DNA of 64,000 nucleotides from assembly GCA_034520945.1 (NCBI GenBank), contig JAXHNB010000008.1:64001-128000 (forward strand), read 5' to 3'. Shown here in pieces: positions 9,917-19,463 of this stretch. Within the stretch, counting starts at the first letter, position 1. Each line of letters begins with the position of its first letter. Both the position numbers and the translations under genes were made by a program. The notes beneath the pieces were generated by a model. It did no database searches. It saw only the letters and a list, made by a program, of their open reading frames with translations, and was not told the DNA's origin. This stretch comes from Trueperaceae bacterium (lineage in GTDB: Bacteria > Deinococcota > Deinococci > Deinococcales > Trueperaceae).

Positions 9917-10311
9917 CGGTTTCGTCGCGCTTCCAGCAAGCGGCGCCGGAGCGGCAGGAAGTCTTCGACGTCCGCGAGCATCTTGGTGATCAGCTGATCC
10001 CGTGTGCGGCGGTCCCGGCAGATCAGGGGGCGCCCCTTGCTCAACGCGGCCTGCAGGAGGGGTACGCCGGCGGTGCGAAGGTCGACGAGATCGAGGGGGT
10101 GCCCTGTTGCCGCCGCGATCTCCCGCACGAGGCGCGTGCGTTGCTCGGTTTCGAGCGGGCCGCTCGCGAGCACGCCGACGTCGACGTCGCTGTCAGGCGT
10201 CATGCCCCCCTGTGCGGCCGAACCGAACAGGTACGCCACCAGGATGTCCGGATCGCGACGAAGGACGTCCGTGACCTGTTCCGTGATGTCGGCGGGATCA
10301 CTGCTCGCCAT
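9904..10311 (-). CDS. Minimal nucleotidyltransferase (MntA-type antitoxin)
   Basis: AYLFGSAAQG...DSDVDVGV and LDLVDL motifs; leaderless (TACACT-N6-ATG). Confidence 0.9.
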   Translation of the reverse strand: MASSDPADITEQVTDVLRRDPDILVAYLFGSAAQGGMTPDSDVDVGVLASGPLETEQRTRLVREIAAATGHPLDLVDLRTAGVPLLQAALSKGRPLICRDRRTRDQLITKMLADVEDFLPLRRRLLEARRNRWIR

Positions 10312-10421
10312 GAAGGCAGTGTAGCGTGCCGGGTACGCTGAACGGTGCGCTGCGCCGGGCGGGCGGTGAGCGGGCCCGCTACAGGGCGGTAGGGACGATG
10401 CGGCGCGCGAGGGGAGACACG

Positions 10422-11402
10422 ATGGCCGCCGAACCGACCGAAGGGTTCGACGCGCAACGCTTGCGCCACGAGGTGGAACGGTTGGCCCAGCCCGAAGGTC
10501 GGCGCGTCGGGACGCCCGGTCACGACGTCGCACAAGGGCTGCTGTCCGGCCGCCTTGCGGGCATCGGACTGGCACCGTACGGCGACGCCTTTGCGTTGCC
10601 GTACGGTGCAGGGGGTCATGCCTTCGCCAACCTGGTCGGTGTCGCGTCCGGTCGTGACCGGGAGGCACCGCCGGTCCTGATCGCAGCGCACTACGACACG
10701 GCTGGCGACTGGCCCGGGGCGGACGACAACGCGGCGGCGGTCGCGATCGCGTTGGAGGTCGCCGCGCGCCTGGTGGCCGAGCCCGCAGCGCGGGACGTGG
10801 TGATCGCCCTGTTCGACGCGGAGGAACCTCCCTTCTTCCAGACCGAGCGGATGGGCTCCGTCCACTTCTACGAGCGGCAGGCGACGGGACCGGTGCACGC
10901 CGCGCTGGTGATGGACCTGGTGGGGCACGCGCTTCCGCTGCCGGGCGTGGAGGACCTGGTGTTCGTGACGGGGATGGAGAGCGATCCCGGCCTGCAGCAA
11001 ACGATGAACGGCCTGTCCGCGCCGGAGGGGGCGCGGTTCGTGACGGCGCTGAACGCCTACGTGGGCGACATGTCCGACCACCACGTGTTCCGCCTGAACC
11101 GGGTGCCGTACCTGTTCCTCTCCTGTGGGCACTGGGCGCACTACCACGAGCCCAGCGACACGCCCGACCGGTTGGACCATTCCAAGATGGCCGCCATCGC
11201 GGGCGCGCTGGAGGAGATCACCCGTGACGTCGCGTCGCGCCGGCTGGACGGGCCGTGGGAGGGCTACGACACTACCCCGACCGACCTGGCCACCATGCGC
11301 GCGGCGTTCGGCGACGTGGCGCGCCAGATGGGGCTTCGGCTGGAGGGCCGGCGCGACATCGACCGGCTGGCCCGGCACCTGATTCAGACCATGGGGCTGT
11401 GA
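10422..11402 (+). CDS. M28 family metallopeptidase
   Basis: AAHYDT, GADDNA, DAEE, MDLVG, SDH, YHEPSD zinc-ligand motifs. Confidence 0.9.
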   Translation: MAAEPTEGFDAQRLRHEVERLAQPEGRRVGTPGHDVAQGLLSGRLAGIGLAPYGDAFALPYGAGGHAFANLVGVASGRDREAPPVLIAAHYDTAGDWPGADDNAAAVAIALEVAARLVAEPAARDVVIALFDAEEPPFFQTERMGSVHFYERQATGPVHAALVMDLVGHALPLPGVEDLVFVTGMESDPGLQQTMNGLSAPEGARFVTALNAYVGDMSDHHVFRLNRVPYLFLSCGHWAHYHEPSDTPDRLDHSKMAAIAGALEEITRDVASRRLDGPWEGYDTTPTDLATMRAAFGDVARQMGLRLEGRRDIDRLARHLIQTMGL

Positions 11403-11610
11403 GCGCAGGCGCGTCTGGTCCCTGAATCCTGGCCGGTCAAGTATCGGACCGCCAGCCGCGATCCAGGGGTGGCATGCTTCAGGAACATTCGAAACGACGA
11501 AGGAGGTGACGAAAGGCCCGACACATTTCGAGATCGACAGTCGAAGGCCCACGGACTCCGGGCAGGTAGCACGTGGGCCACGTCACGAACCGCTGAAAGG
11601 AACGTAGACG

Positions 11611-12378
11611 ATGATAAACGTAGCATACGCACGTCCCCTCGTGCGCACCCTCCTCCTTACCCTCAGCCTGGTGATGCTGGCCAGTGCCTCGCTCGCGTCG
11701 GCGCAAGGTCTGGACGCGCAGCAGCCGCCGGACGGCTTCGACGTCACGCTCGTCTACATGGCGACCGGCGTGTACGACGCCGACGATCCCGGTTTCGACG
11801 CGCCCGACGGCGATACCTTCCACCGCGAGATCATGGGTCGCTCCGACGCCGAGATCGCGCAGGACCGGGCCGACGCGCTGGCGTTCTTCGAGACGCGCTT
11901 CGGCCTGAATCCCGAAGGCGACGACGGTCTGATGATGACGGACTTCATGCTCGATCCGCGCAACGAGTATCGCGCCTACGTGTCGTCCGAATCGCCGGTC
12001 CCGAGCGAAGGCTGGGTGGTGCGGGACGGCGGTTGGAACCTGTCCGTCACGGATCCGGAAGGACGTACGCTGGGCGGCGAGTTCGAAGGCACCCACGTGC
12101 CGCAGGGCGCCATGTTCGTCTACGGCGACTACAACATCGACGTTCCCGGCGACGACCCGATCGTGATCCACTACCAGTCCGGCTCCCCGATCGTGATGGG
12201 GATGGACGGCATGATGTTCCGCTGCGAGATCTCGCACCCCGAGTGGGGCACGGGCCTGGCGCAGGGCGTCTCGGCCCCCGCAATGCTCGAAGACGGTCGC
12301 ACCCACGCCAACATTCGCAACGTGCTGACCTTCCCCGGTCTCGGCGATCCCGGCGGCGTGCCCGACGCCCAGAACTGA
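11611..12378 (+). CDS. Secreted hypothetical protein
   Basis: Signal peptide (ASA-Q), GAAAGGAA RBS, host-like codon usage; no family recognised. Confidence 0.8.
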   Translation: MINVAYARPLVRTLLLTLSLVMLASASLASAQGLDAQQPPDGFDVTLVYMATGVYDADDPGFDAPDGDTFHREIMGRSDAEIAQDRADALAFFETRFGLNPEGDDGLMMTDFMLDPRNEYRAYVSSESPVPSEGWVVRDGGWNLSVTDPEGRTLGGEFEGTHVPQGAMFVYGDYNIDVPGDDPIVIHYQSGSPIVMGMDGMMFRCEISHPEWGTGLAQGVSAPAMLEDGRTHANIRNVLTFPGLGDPGGVPDAQN

Positions 12379-12556
12379 CCGAGTTGCGCCATGGCCTCGC
12401 CGCGGGCATCCATCCCGTCCGCGCGTCGAGCTTCCGCGATGGCGTCTGCGTCCCCGAAGCGCCCGGTCCTGGTACCGGGCGCTTCGCTGGCGTGGGTATG
12501 GTGAGACGGACCGCCCGATCCATCTGAGTTCTCTATCGAACGAAGAAAGGTGCCCC

Positions 12557-13861
12557 ATGCGTACACTCGTCACGCTCCTCGCGACACTCTCGTTTCTCGC
12601 CGCCACCGCCCTGGCGCAGCCGTCCAACCGCATCGACGTGCAACGGCCGGACGCGCCCGAGCTGGCCGCCTACGGCCCCCACGACGTGGGCGTGCGCACG
12701 ATGAACGTCGTGGACGAGGACCGGCTCGACATCCTGGCAGCGACCGAGGGGGAGGAGATTCCCCGCTACGACCGTCCGTTGACGCTGGAGGTCTGGTACC
12801 CCGCTACGCTGGAGGACGGGACCGAGGCAGGCACGACGTACACGGTCACGACCCGCGACGGCAGCACGCAGGCCGACCTTACGGGCCGCGCCGTGCGTGA
12901 CGCGACGCCGAACGCTGGCGACGCCCCCTACCCGCTGGTGATCGTGTCGCACGGCTACCCCGGCAACCGCTTCCTGCTGTCCCACCTGAGCGAGAACCTG
13001 GCCAGCAAGGGGTACGTCGTCGCCGCGATCGATCACACCGACAGCATGTATTCCGACCAAGCCGCGTTCGCCAGCACGCTGTACAACCGGCCCCTCGATC
13101 AGCTGTTCGTTCTGGACGAGATGGAACGGTTCTCGGCCCCCGACGAGGGCTTCCTGTCCGGCCTGGTCGACGCCAGCACGACCGCCATCGTGGGCTACTC
13201 GATGGGTGCGTATGGCGCCGTCAACGTGATCGGCGGCGGCTACACCGAAGCGAGCACGCAGTTCGGGTTCTCCCCACCGAACGGCGTCCTGGCCCATCAC
13301 CAGGCCGGAACCGAGTCGTTCGAGGCGCGGCAGGACCCGCGCGTGGTGGCGGCCATCGCCATCGCGCCGTGGGGCATGAACGCGGGGTTCTGGAACGCCG
13401 AGGGCCTGGCCGGCATCGACACGCCCGTGCTGTTCATGGCCGGCAGCGTCGACGACGTCGCGGGCTACGAGAACGGCACGCGCGCCATCTTCGAGGGCGC
13501 CGTGAACGCCGATCGGTACCTGCTCACCTTCCAGAACGCCAACCACAACGCCGCCGCGCCGATCCCCGCCCCCCGCGAAGCGTGGGAGACGGGCACGTTC
13601 GACCACTACGGCGACGCGGTCTGGGACACCGTCCGCATGAACAACGTCGCGCAGCACTTCGCCACCGCGTTCCTCGCTCAGCACCTGAAGGCCGACGCGG
13701 ACATGGCGCCCTACCTCGACCTGGTCGAACGCGCCGCGGACGGCGTCTGGTCGGTCGACGACGACGGCGAATTCACCGACGAGCACACCTACTGGAAAGG
13801 GTTTCCCAACCGCACGGCCGTCGGCTTGATCCTGGAGCACGGCACGCCGCAGGGGGACTGA
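12557..13861 (+). CDS. Secreted alpha/beta hydrolase (dienelactone hydrolase/PAF-AH-like)
   Basis: Signal peptide; SHGYPG, GYSMG nucleophile elbow, GSVDD, ANHN. Confidence 0.9.
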   Translation: MRTLVTLLATLSFLAATALAQPSNRIDVQRPDAPELAAYGPHDVGVRTMNVVDEDRLDILAATEGEEIPRYDRPLTLEVWYPATLEDGTEAGTTYTVTTRDGSTQADLTGRAVRDATPNAGDAPYPLVIVSHGYPGNRFLLSHLSENLASKGYVVAAIDHTDSMYSDQAAFASTLYNRPLDQLFVLDEMERFSAPDEGFLSGLVDASTTAIVGYSMGAYGAVNVIGGGYTEASTQFGFSPPNGVLAHHQAGTESFEARQDPRVVAAIAIAPWGMNAGFWNAEGLAGIDTPVLFMAGSVDDVAGYENGTRAIFEGAVNADRYLLTFQNANHNAAAPIPAPREAWETGTFDHYGDAVWDTVRMNNVAQHFATAFLAQHLKADADMAPYLDLVERAADGVWSVDDDGEFTDEHTYWKGFPNRTAVGLILEHGTPQGD

Positions 13862-14081
13862 CCGGAGGCATTCGACGCGATCCCCGCGGTGCGTTCCGGA
13901 GGTGGAAGGGGATGGGCCGGCACGCCCGCGCCCCTTGCGCCAGACGGGGCGCCCGGGGTCGCGCACGGCCCGCCCGTTGCGCCGCGGGGCCGCGTCGACA
14001 CCTACGCTACGAGGATGATGCGACGGGGAGTGACGCCTCGCGCCCTCTGGATGCGTCGACCGGACACGGACGCCGCGCACG

Positions 14082-14098
14082 GGTATCAATCTGATACC
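14082..14098. promoter_or_regulatory. TA autoregulation operator GGTATCA-ATC-TGATACC overlapping a leaderless -10 (TACCAT)
   Basis: Perfect 7-bp inverted repeat immediately upstream of the antitoxin ATG. Confidence 0.7.
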
Positions 14099-14106
14099 AT
14101 GCGGCC

Positions 14107-14313
14107 ATGGCGCTGACGCTCAGGACCGACGAGGAGCTCGAGCACGCCCTCGACGTGTTGAGCAAGAAGGAAGGTTCGTCACGGCAAGAAGTCATCCGCC
14201 GTGCCGTGCTCGAGAGATTGGAGCGCGCGGGGCATCGTGAGCGCGTGGACGCAGCGGCCGACCGCCTGATCGACCGCTGGCGCGACGTGCTGGATCGTCT
14301 CGGCTCTGCGTGA
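14107..14313 (+). CDS. CopG/ribbon-helix-helix antitoxin
   Basis: MALTLRTDEELEHALDVL...SRQEVIRRAV; coupled to a Doc toxin. Confidence 0.85.
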   Translation: MALTLRTDEELEHALDVLSKKEGSSRQEVIRRAVLERLERAGHRERVDAAADRLIDRWRDVLDRLGSA

Positions 14314-14675
14314 GCCCAGGTACGTACCTGGACGTCGAAGACCTGTTGGCGCTGACGCGGGCCCTCGCCGCCGGGCCGGTGCGGGACCTCGGGCTGTTGG
14401 ATGCGGCGTGCGCGCGGCCAAGGTCCAGCGCGTTCGGCGTCGATGCGTACACGACGCTTGCCGCGAAGGCGGCGGCGCTGCTCCACTCGATCGTTCGGAA
14501 TCACGCTCTGGTGGACGGGAACAAGCGCCTGGCGTGGCTCGCGACCGTGGTGTTCTTGGATCTGAACGGGTTCGGGGTCGACCTCAGTGATGATGAGGCG
14601 TTCGAGCTCGTCATGGAGGCGTCTCAGGGGAATCTCGATGTCGAAGCCATCGCGAGGTGCCTCGTACGCGAATGA
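14310..14675 (+). CDS. Death-on-curing (Doc/Fic) family toxin
   Basis: VRDLGLLDAACARP, KAAALLHS, NHALVDGNKR motif. Confidence 0.9.
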   Translation: MSPGTYLDVEDLLALTRALAAGPVRDLGLLDAACARPRSSAFGVDAYTTLAAKAAALLHSIVRNHALVDGNKRLAWLATVVFLDLNGFGVDLSDDEAFELVMEASQGNLDVEAIARCLVRE

Positions 14676-14806
14676 GGCCTCGGCCCAGGGCTGCTGTGGA
14701 AGCACGGCCCGGCGCGAAGCCCTTGGCTACAGATCGGACCGTCTGGGTCGTGCGGTGCAGACGAGCAACGGCGGTCGAAACAGGGCGGGCATGCAGGGTG
14801 CTTTGG

Positions 14807-15226
14807 CTACCCGTCAGGCATGGGCACGGCTACCACCTCGAGTCCGTCGATCCCTGCGAAATCGTCCGGGTTCGCGGTGTAGAGCGGGAGTCCGTGAGCG
14901 AGCGCGATGGCCGCGATCATGGCGTCGAAGGCACGAGCGCGTGCCTTCCTGCCCGAGCGCCGGAGCGACGTAGCGACGGTGCCGAACGCGCGTGCAGCCG
15001 GCTCGTCGAACGGAAGAGGGTCGAAGTCGGCCTCGGCCTGTTGCAGGTGGGCTTGACGCGCCGCGCGTTCGTCGTCGGTCGTTGCCACCAGAGGCCCGAC
15101 GGTCAACTCTGCCAAGGTGATGGTCGAAATCAGCGGTTCGTGAGGTAGACGCGAGGCGTCCTTCGAGCGGGGCAATAGAATGAGCGCATTCGTGTCCAGG
15201 AGCCCTCGCGTCGCGCGTCCTTCCAC
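14807..15226 (-). CDS. vapC: VapC PIN-domain toxin
   Basis: LLDTN, TLAEL, FDAMIAAIA, LYTANPDDF. Confidence 0.92.
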   Translation of the reverse strand: MEGRATRGLLDTNALILLPRSKDASRLPHEPLISTITLAELTVGPLVATTDDERAARQAHLQQAEADFDPLPFDEPAARAFGTVATSLRRSGRKARARAFDAMIAAIALAHGLPLYTANPDDFAGIDGLEVVAVPMPDG

Positions 15227-15469
15227 TTAGAGAAGCGGGTCCATGATCTCGTCGATGTCGCTACGCAGACGACGGGCATCGAACGAGGGTAGATGCTGCC
15301 AGCGGAGGAGGAGCTCATCTGCCGGCAGGGCCGGACGTGGGACCGGGCGGAGTTCAGCCACGGGACGTCCAGCCCGCGTGACCGTGAGATGTTCGCCGGC
15401 GAGGACGCGTTCGATGACCTCGCGGCCGTGGTTGCGGACATCGCGAATGGTGACGTCATGCTTGCTCAT
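15227..15469 (-). CDS. Phd/YefM family antitoxin
   Basis: VTIRDVRNHGREVIERVLAGEHLTVTRAGRPVAEL; leaderless TACAAT-N5-ATG. Confidence 0.9.
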   Translation of the reverse strand: MSKHDVTIRDVRNHGREVIERVLAGEHLTVTRAGRPVAELRPVPRPALPADELLLRWQHLPSFDARRLRSDIDEIMDPLL

Positions 15470-15476
15470 GCCGCAT

Positions 15477-15494
15477 TGTATCACGTGTGATACA
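15477..15494. promoter_or_regulatory. Operator palindrome TGTATCAC-GT-GTGATACA
   Basis: Perfect 8-bp inverted repeat over the -10 of the phd-vapC pair. Confidence 0.7.
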
Positions 15495-15750
15495 CCGGCG
15501 GGCGTAGGTGGCGCGGGGGTCGTCCTCGAGCGAAATTCCCTAGTCGGCGTGGCCAACTCGGTACGCGCGCTGTGCGCTGTCGTTGCCGTACGTGCCCGTG
15601 ATGCTTCGCGCTTGGCTCACGTGCCCTGCTGCTCGGTCCGGAGATGGCGTGGCGACGTACCCACCACTGGCTGGCGTGTTGATGCTCGAAGACATCGGCG
15701 TGATGAAACAAATATATAAAGTCGTTCGAGTCGACAAAGTCAGCGCTCGG
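15481..15750 (-). pseudogene. Decayed PIN-domain toxin
   Basis: Frame reads (P)SADFVDSNDFIYLF, like the PIN N-terminus MSADFIDSNVFIYLF; expected ATG is CCG; similarity lost afterwards. Confidence 0.6.
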
Positions 15751-15982
15751 TTATCTCGTCGCGCGTGAAACGCCTACCCCCTGTGCGCGCGTCGCGTTGG
15801 ATGTGTTCGATGGTCGCCTTCGCCCGATCGGCTCGGGGCTCCCGGCACGCGTACTCGGCCAGCCAGCGTCGAAACGCTTCGTTCAGCGTCGTCCTCTCTG
15901 CCCGGGCACGTGCCCTCGCCGCGTCGATCAGCTCCTTTTCAGCGCTGAACGTCACGCTCTTCAGGGGTTCTTTTCGCCGCAC
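15740..15982 (-). CDS. Small RHH-like antitoxin, possibly decaying
   Basis: KSVTFSAEKELIDAARARARAERTTLNEAFRRWL...RRFTRDE; not called separately in the ORF track. Confidence 0.7.
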   Translation of the reverse strand: MRRKEPLKSVTFSAEKELIDAARARARAERTTLNEAFRRWLAEYACREPRADRAKATIEHIQRDARTGGRRFTRDEITER

Positions 15983-16132
15983 AAGGCCAGCGTATGCGAG
16001 TTTCGTGCGACGGGCCGTTGTCTGGGGAGGTGCTCGCGGCTTGCGCGCCGCGGGTCGCGGAGGACCCCTTTGGATTGCGTTGGGCCGAGGTCGTACCCGC
16101 AGAACCCACCCCACGCATGGCAGGATCAGCCC

Positions 16133-16987
16133 ATGACCCTCGCCGCCCGTACCCGGACCTTTCTCGGGGCCGGCCACCACCTGTGGCTGGGCCTCGCGCT
16201 GATCGCTCTCTTCTGGCCGCTGAATTGGTTCCTGCCCGGTACGCCGACGATGTACCTGTTCTTCCCGTTGTGGCTGGGGTACGCGCTGGCGGTGGACGGG
16301 CTGGTGCTGCGGCGGCGAGGCGATTCGCTGTTGGTGCGCCACGGCGTGCGCGGGTACGCGATGTTGTTCGCGATCTCGGTGGTGGCGTGGTGGGCCTTCG
16401 AGGCAGTGAACGCCCGGACCGGCAACTGGGCGTACGTCGGCGCGGATCAGGTGGGGCCGGTCGCGTACGCGCTGCTGTCTTCGCTGTCGTTCTCGACGGT
16501 GATTCCGGCGGTGCTCGGCACGGCGGAGCTGGTTCGGAGCTTCGGGTGGGTCGAGCGGCTGGGACGGGGTCCGCGGATCGCGCCGACGCGGGGCGTGCTG
16601 CTTGCGTTCACCGGCATCGGCGCGGCGATGCTGGTGCTGGTGCTGGCGTGGCCGACGTGGTTCTACCCGTTGGTGTGGGGTGCGGGGTACCTGCTGCTGG
16701 AGCCGCTGAACGCGGCGCTCGGCAGGCCGTTGCTGCTGGATTGGTTGCGGCGCGGCGACTGGCGTCCGGTGGTGTCGCTCGGGTTGGGCGCGTTGATCAC
16801 CGGCTTCTTCTGGGAGTTTTGGAACTTCTTCAGCTTCCCGAAATGGACGTACCACACGCCAGGGGTGGAGTTCGCGCACCTGTTCGAGATGCCCGCGTTG
16901 GGGTACCTGGGGTACCCCCCGTTCGCGCTGGAGTTGTTCGCGCTGCTGCAGCTGCTGGCGTGGCGGCCGGTGCGGTTGCGGTTGTGA
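16133..16987 (+). CDS. Integral membrane protein of unknown function
   Basis: Several TM helices; repeated W-x-x-E-x-x-N...W-x-Y motifs (WWAFEAVN, GFFWEFWN), FEMPALGYLGY. Confidence 0.8.
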   Translation: MTLAARTRTFLGAGHHLWLGLALIALFWPLNWFLPGTPTMYLFFPLWLGYALAVDGLVLRRRGDSLLVRHGVRGYAMLFAISVVAWWAFEAVNARTGNWAYVGADQVGPVAYALLSSLSFSTVIPAVLGTAELVRSFGWVERLGRGPRIAPTRGVLLAFTGIGAAMLVLVLAWPTWFYPLVWGAGYLLLEPLNAALGRPLLLDWLRRGDWRPVVSLGLGALITGFFWEFWNFFSFPKWTYHTPGVEFAHLFEMPALGYLGYPPFALELFALLQLLAWRPVRLRL

Positions 16988-17003
16988 ACGCTCGGTGGCG
17001 CTC

Positions 17004-17954
17004 ATGACCCGCACCACCCGCAAGGCGCAGCGCCTCACCGAGTTGGTGGACCTCCTGCAGCGCCGCCCGCGCGGGGTGGGGGAGCTGGCGCAGCGCTTCG
17101 GCGTGACGCGCCGCACCATCGAACGCGACCTCGAGGCGGTGCGGGAGATGGGCCACGCGTTGCAGGAAGAAGACCACCGCTACGCGCTACCGGTGCCCGG
17201 CGGCGGGTTGAACGAGGTGGAGGCGTTGGCGGTGCACAGCGCCACGCGCTTGCTGGTGCATACCGGCATCGGGGAGCGGCACTACCAGGCGGCGCTGGAG
17301 AAGCTGGCGCGGTACCTGCCGGAACCGGCGCGCTCGACCCTGATCGACAGCGTGGAGCGGTTGGAGCCGGCGCCGGACGACCGCAACCTGGACCTGGTGG
17401 CGCAGGCATGGTTCCAGGGGAGGGTGCTGCGCTGCCGGTACGACTCGTTCTCCAGTGGCCGGACGCGCACCTGCGAGTTGGAGATCTACTACTACGAGGT
17501 GAACCGCCGCAACCTGGACCCGTACGTGGTGGCGTACGAGCGGGTCAACGCCCAGGAGATCCGGACGTACAAGCTGGCGCGCATGCGCCAGGCGCGCCTG
17601 CTGGAGGACGCGTACCGGATTCCGGTCGGTTTCGATCCGCACGCGCACCTGTCCGGCGCCTGGGGGGTGGTGGTGGGCGAGCCGGTGCGGGTGCTTCTAC
17701 GCGCCGCGCCGTACGTGGCGCCGTGGTTCCGAGAGCGCGAGCGGCGCGACCGCTACCTGCGCATCATTGACACCTACGCCGACGGCGGCGTGAAGGTGGA
17801 GCTGAACGCCAACCTCGCACGCGGCGGCGGCACGCACGAGCTCAGCGGCTTCCTGCTCGGGTGGGGGCCCGCCATCGAGGTGCTGGCGCCGGCATCGGTC
17901 CGGGCGCGGGTGCAAGGCGACCTGCGCAAGGCGGCGGAGGCGTACGGGGAGTGA
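17004..17954 (+). CDS. WYL-domain transcriptional regulator (HTH-WYL-WCX)
   Basis: ELAQRFGVTRRTIERDL HTH; PYVVAY...IRTYKLARM WYL core; LGWGPAIEVLAP...R WCX tail. Confidence 0.92.
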   Translation: MTRTTRKAQRLTELVDLLQRRPRGVGELAQRFGVTRRTIERDLEAVREMGHALQEEDHRYALPVPGGGLNEVEALAVHSATRLLVHTGIGERHYQAALEKLARYLPEPARSTLIDSVERLEPAPDDRNLDLVAQAWFQGRVLRCRYDSFSSGRTRTCELEIYYYEVNRRNLDPYVVAYERVNAQEIRTYKLARMRQARLLEDAYRIPVGFDPHAHLSGAWGVVVGEPVRVLLRAAPYVAPWFRERERRDRYLRIIDTYADGGVKVELNANLARGGGTHELSGFLLGWGPAIEVLAPASVRARVQGDLRKAAEAYGE

Positions 17955-18032
17955 GCGTTGGACGGGTCGGCTGAGCACGGAAGCGTGGGTTGGCAGGCCG
18001 GCAGGCGTGCCTGCGCCTGCACGGCCGGTTCG

Positions 18033-19463
18033 CTACCTCCCCCCGGGCGTGGCGCCATGGGTGGCGTCGCCGACGCCGTTGCGTGGGCGCGCCTCGCTTG
18101 GTGGCGGGACGCGCGGGAGCTGAACCGTTGCGACGGTTCGTACGCCAGGCGTGGAGGTTAGCCACACCTGACCGCCTAGGCTGTCGATGACGTGGCGCAC
18201 GATCGCCAAACCTAGGCCCGTGCCGGCCCGAGCGTGCGACCCGGTCGCGTACGGTTCGAACACCCGCTCGAGGTCTTCGGCCGGGATGCCGACCCCCTCG
18301 TCCTGGACCTCGATCGATGCGGCCTCGTCGCTTGCGTGCGTCGCGATGGTGACGCTGCCGCGATCGCCTGGCAGCGCGCGCATGGCGTTGGTTGCCAGAT
18401 TCATCAACACCTGGTGTAGCTCCCCTTCGGTCGCATGCACACATGCCCCTTCGGCGTTCAGGACGACATGTACATGCACCCCGTGCGGCTGGGACGGTCG
18501 GAGCAACGCCGCGACCTCCTGCACGAGCGGGTCGACCGCGACAGGTGCACGCTCGGCGTTATCGCGACCGAAGGCGACCATGCGGCGCGAGAGCTCGCGA
18601 GCGCGTTCGGCCGCCGTCACGACCAGGTTCAAGCGCTGGCGTTGCGTGCTCCCCGGATCGGCGCTGTCCCGGGCTGCCGTGCCTGCCGCCAGCATCGGCA
18701 CCAGGAGGTTGTTGAGGTCGTGCGCCACCCCGCTCGCCAGCGTGGCCACGGCGCGAGCCTTTCCTGCCGCCACGAGCTCGCGTTCCAGGCGCTGTCGTTC
18801 CTCCAGCGACGCCTGCAGGCGATGCGTCGCGTCATGTAGTTCTTCCGCGTGGCGCCGAAGCCCGCCGAACACATGGAGGATCGCTGAGGACAACAGCACC
18901 GCCAGGAATGTCACGCTTCCGGCGCCTGCCGCCCAGGTCGGCAGCGTGTATGGCTGACCCGGGACGCCCGGAGGGCGCGTCGTGACGCCCGTTTGCAGGG
19001 CAACACCGTAGGCGACCGCGAGCACCGCGAGCCCGCCGACCGCCGCCCATGCGCCGGGCCTCCCGAACAGCAGGGCGGCCAGTACGGGGAGCGCCAGCAT
19101 CCAGGCGAGCCCTGCGCCGATGGGGCCGGCCAGGGCGGTGAGCGCTGCCGAAAACGCGAACCACAAGGCCAGGAAGGTGACGGCCCGCGTGCGGTAGGGA
19201 AGGGCACGCCACGATGCCAAGATGCCCACGGCGGCCCACCCGAGCGTGTTGAGCACGACGATCGTCCACACGCCGTCGGAGGCGGCTGCGTACGTGCCGG
19301 GGACGTATGCGACGGCGGCGACGAGGGCCGTGGTGGTGAGCACGCCCTGCAATGCCTGGGTGCGCCAGCGGGCCAGCGCGGTCGTGGGATCGGGGACCGC
19401 GTGCGACGCGTCGGCTCGGTCGGCGCGGCCCTGGGCGACCTCAGGCGTCGACGTTCGGCGCAT
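18033..19463 (-). CDS. Membrane sensor histidine kinase
   Basis: About 6 TM helices; H-box GVAHDLNNL, N-box LMNLATNA, DEGVG, FEPY, GTGLGL. Confidence 0.92.
   Translation of the reverse strand: MRRTSTPEVAQGRADRADASHAVPDPTTALARWRTQALQGVLTTTALVAAVAYVPGTYAAASDGVWTIVVLNTLGWAAVGILASWRALPYRTRAVTFLALWFAFSAALTALAGPIGAGLAWMLALPVLAALLFGRPGAWAAVGGLAVLAVAYGVALQTGVTTRPPGVPGQPYTLPTWAAGAGSVTFLAVLLSSAILHVFGGLRRHAEELHDATHRLQASLEERQRLERELVAAGKARAVATLASGVAHDLNNLLVPMLAAGTAARDSADPGSTQRQRLNLVVTAAERARELSRRMVAFGRDNAERAPVAVDPLVQEVAALLRPSQPHGVHVHVVLNAEGACVHATEGELHQVLMNLATNAMRALPGDRGSVTIATHASDEAASIEVQDEGVGIPAEDLERVFEPYATGSHARAGTGLGLAIVRHVIDSLGGQVWLTSTPGVRTVATVQLPRVPPPSEARPRNGVGDATHGATPGGR

Noticed and set aside
11403..11610. 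Possible riboswitch in the long intergenic region
   Set aside because: No conserved riboswitch core could be recognised.
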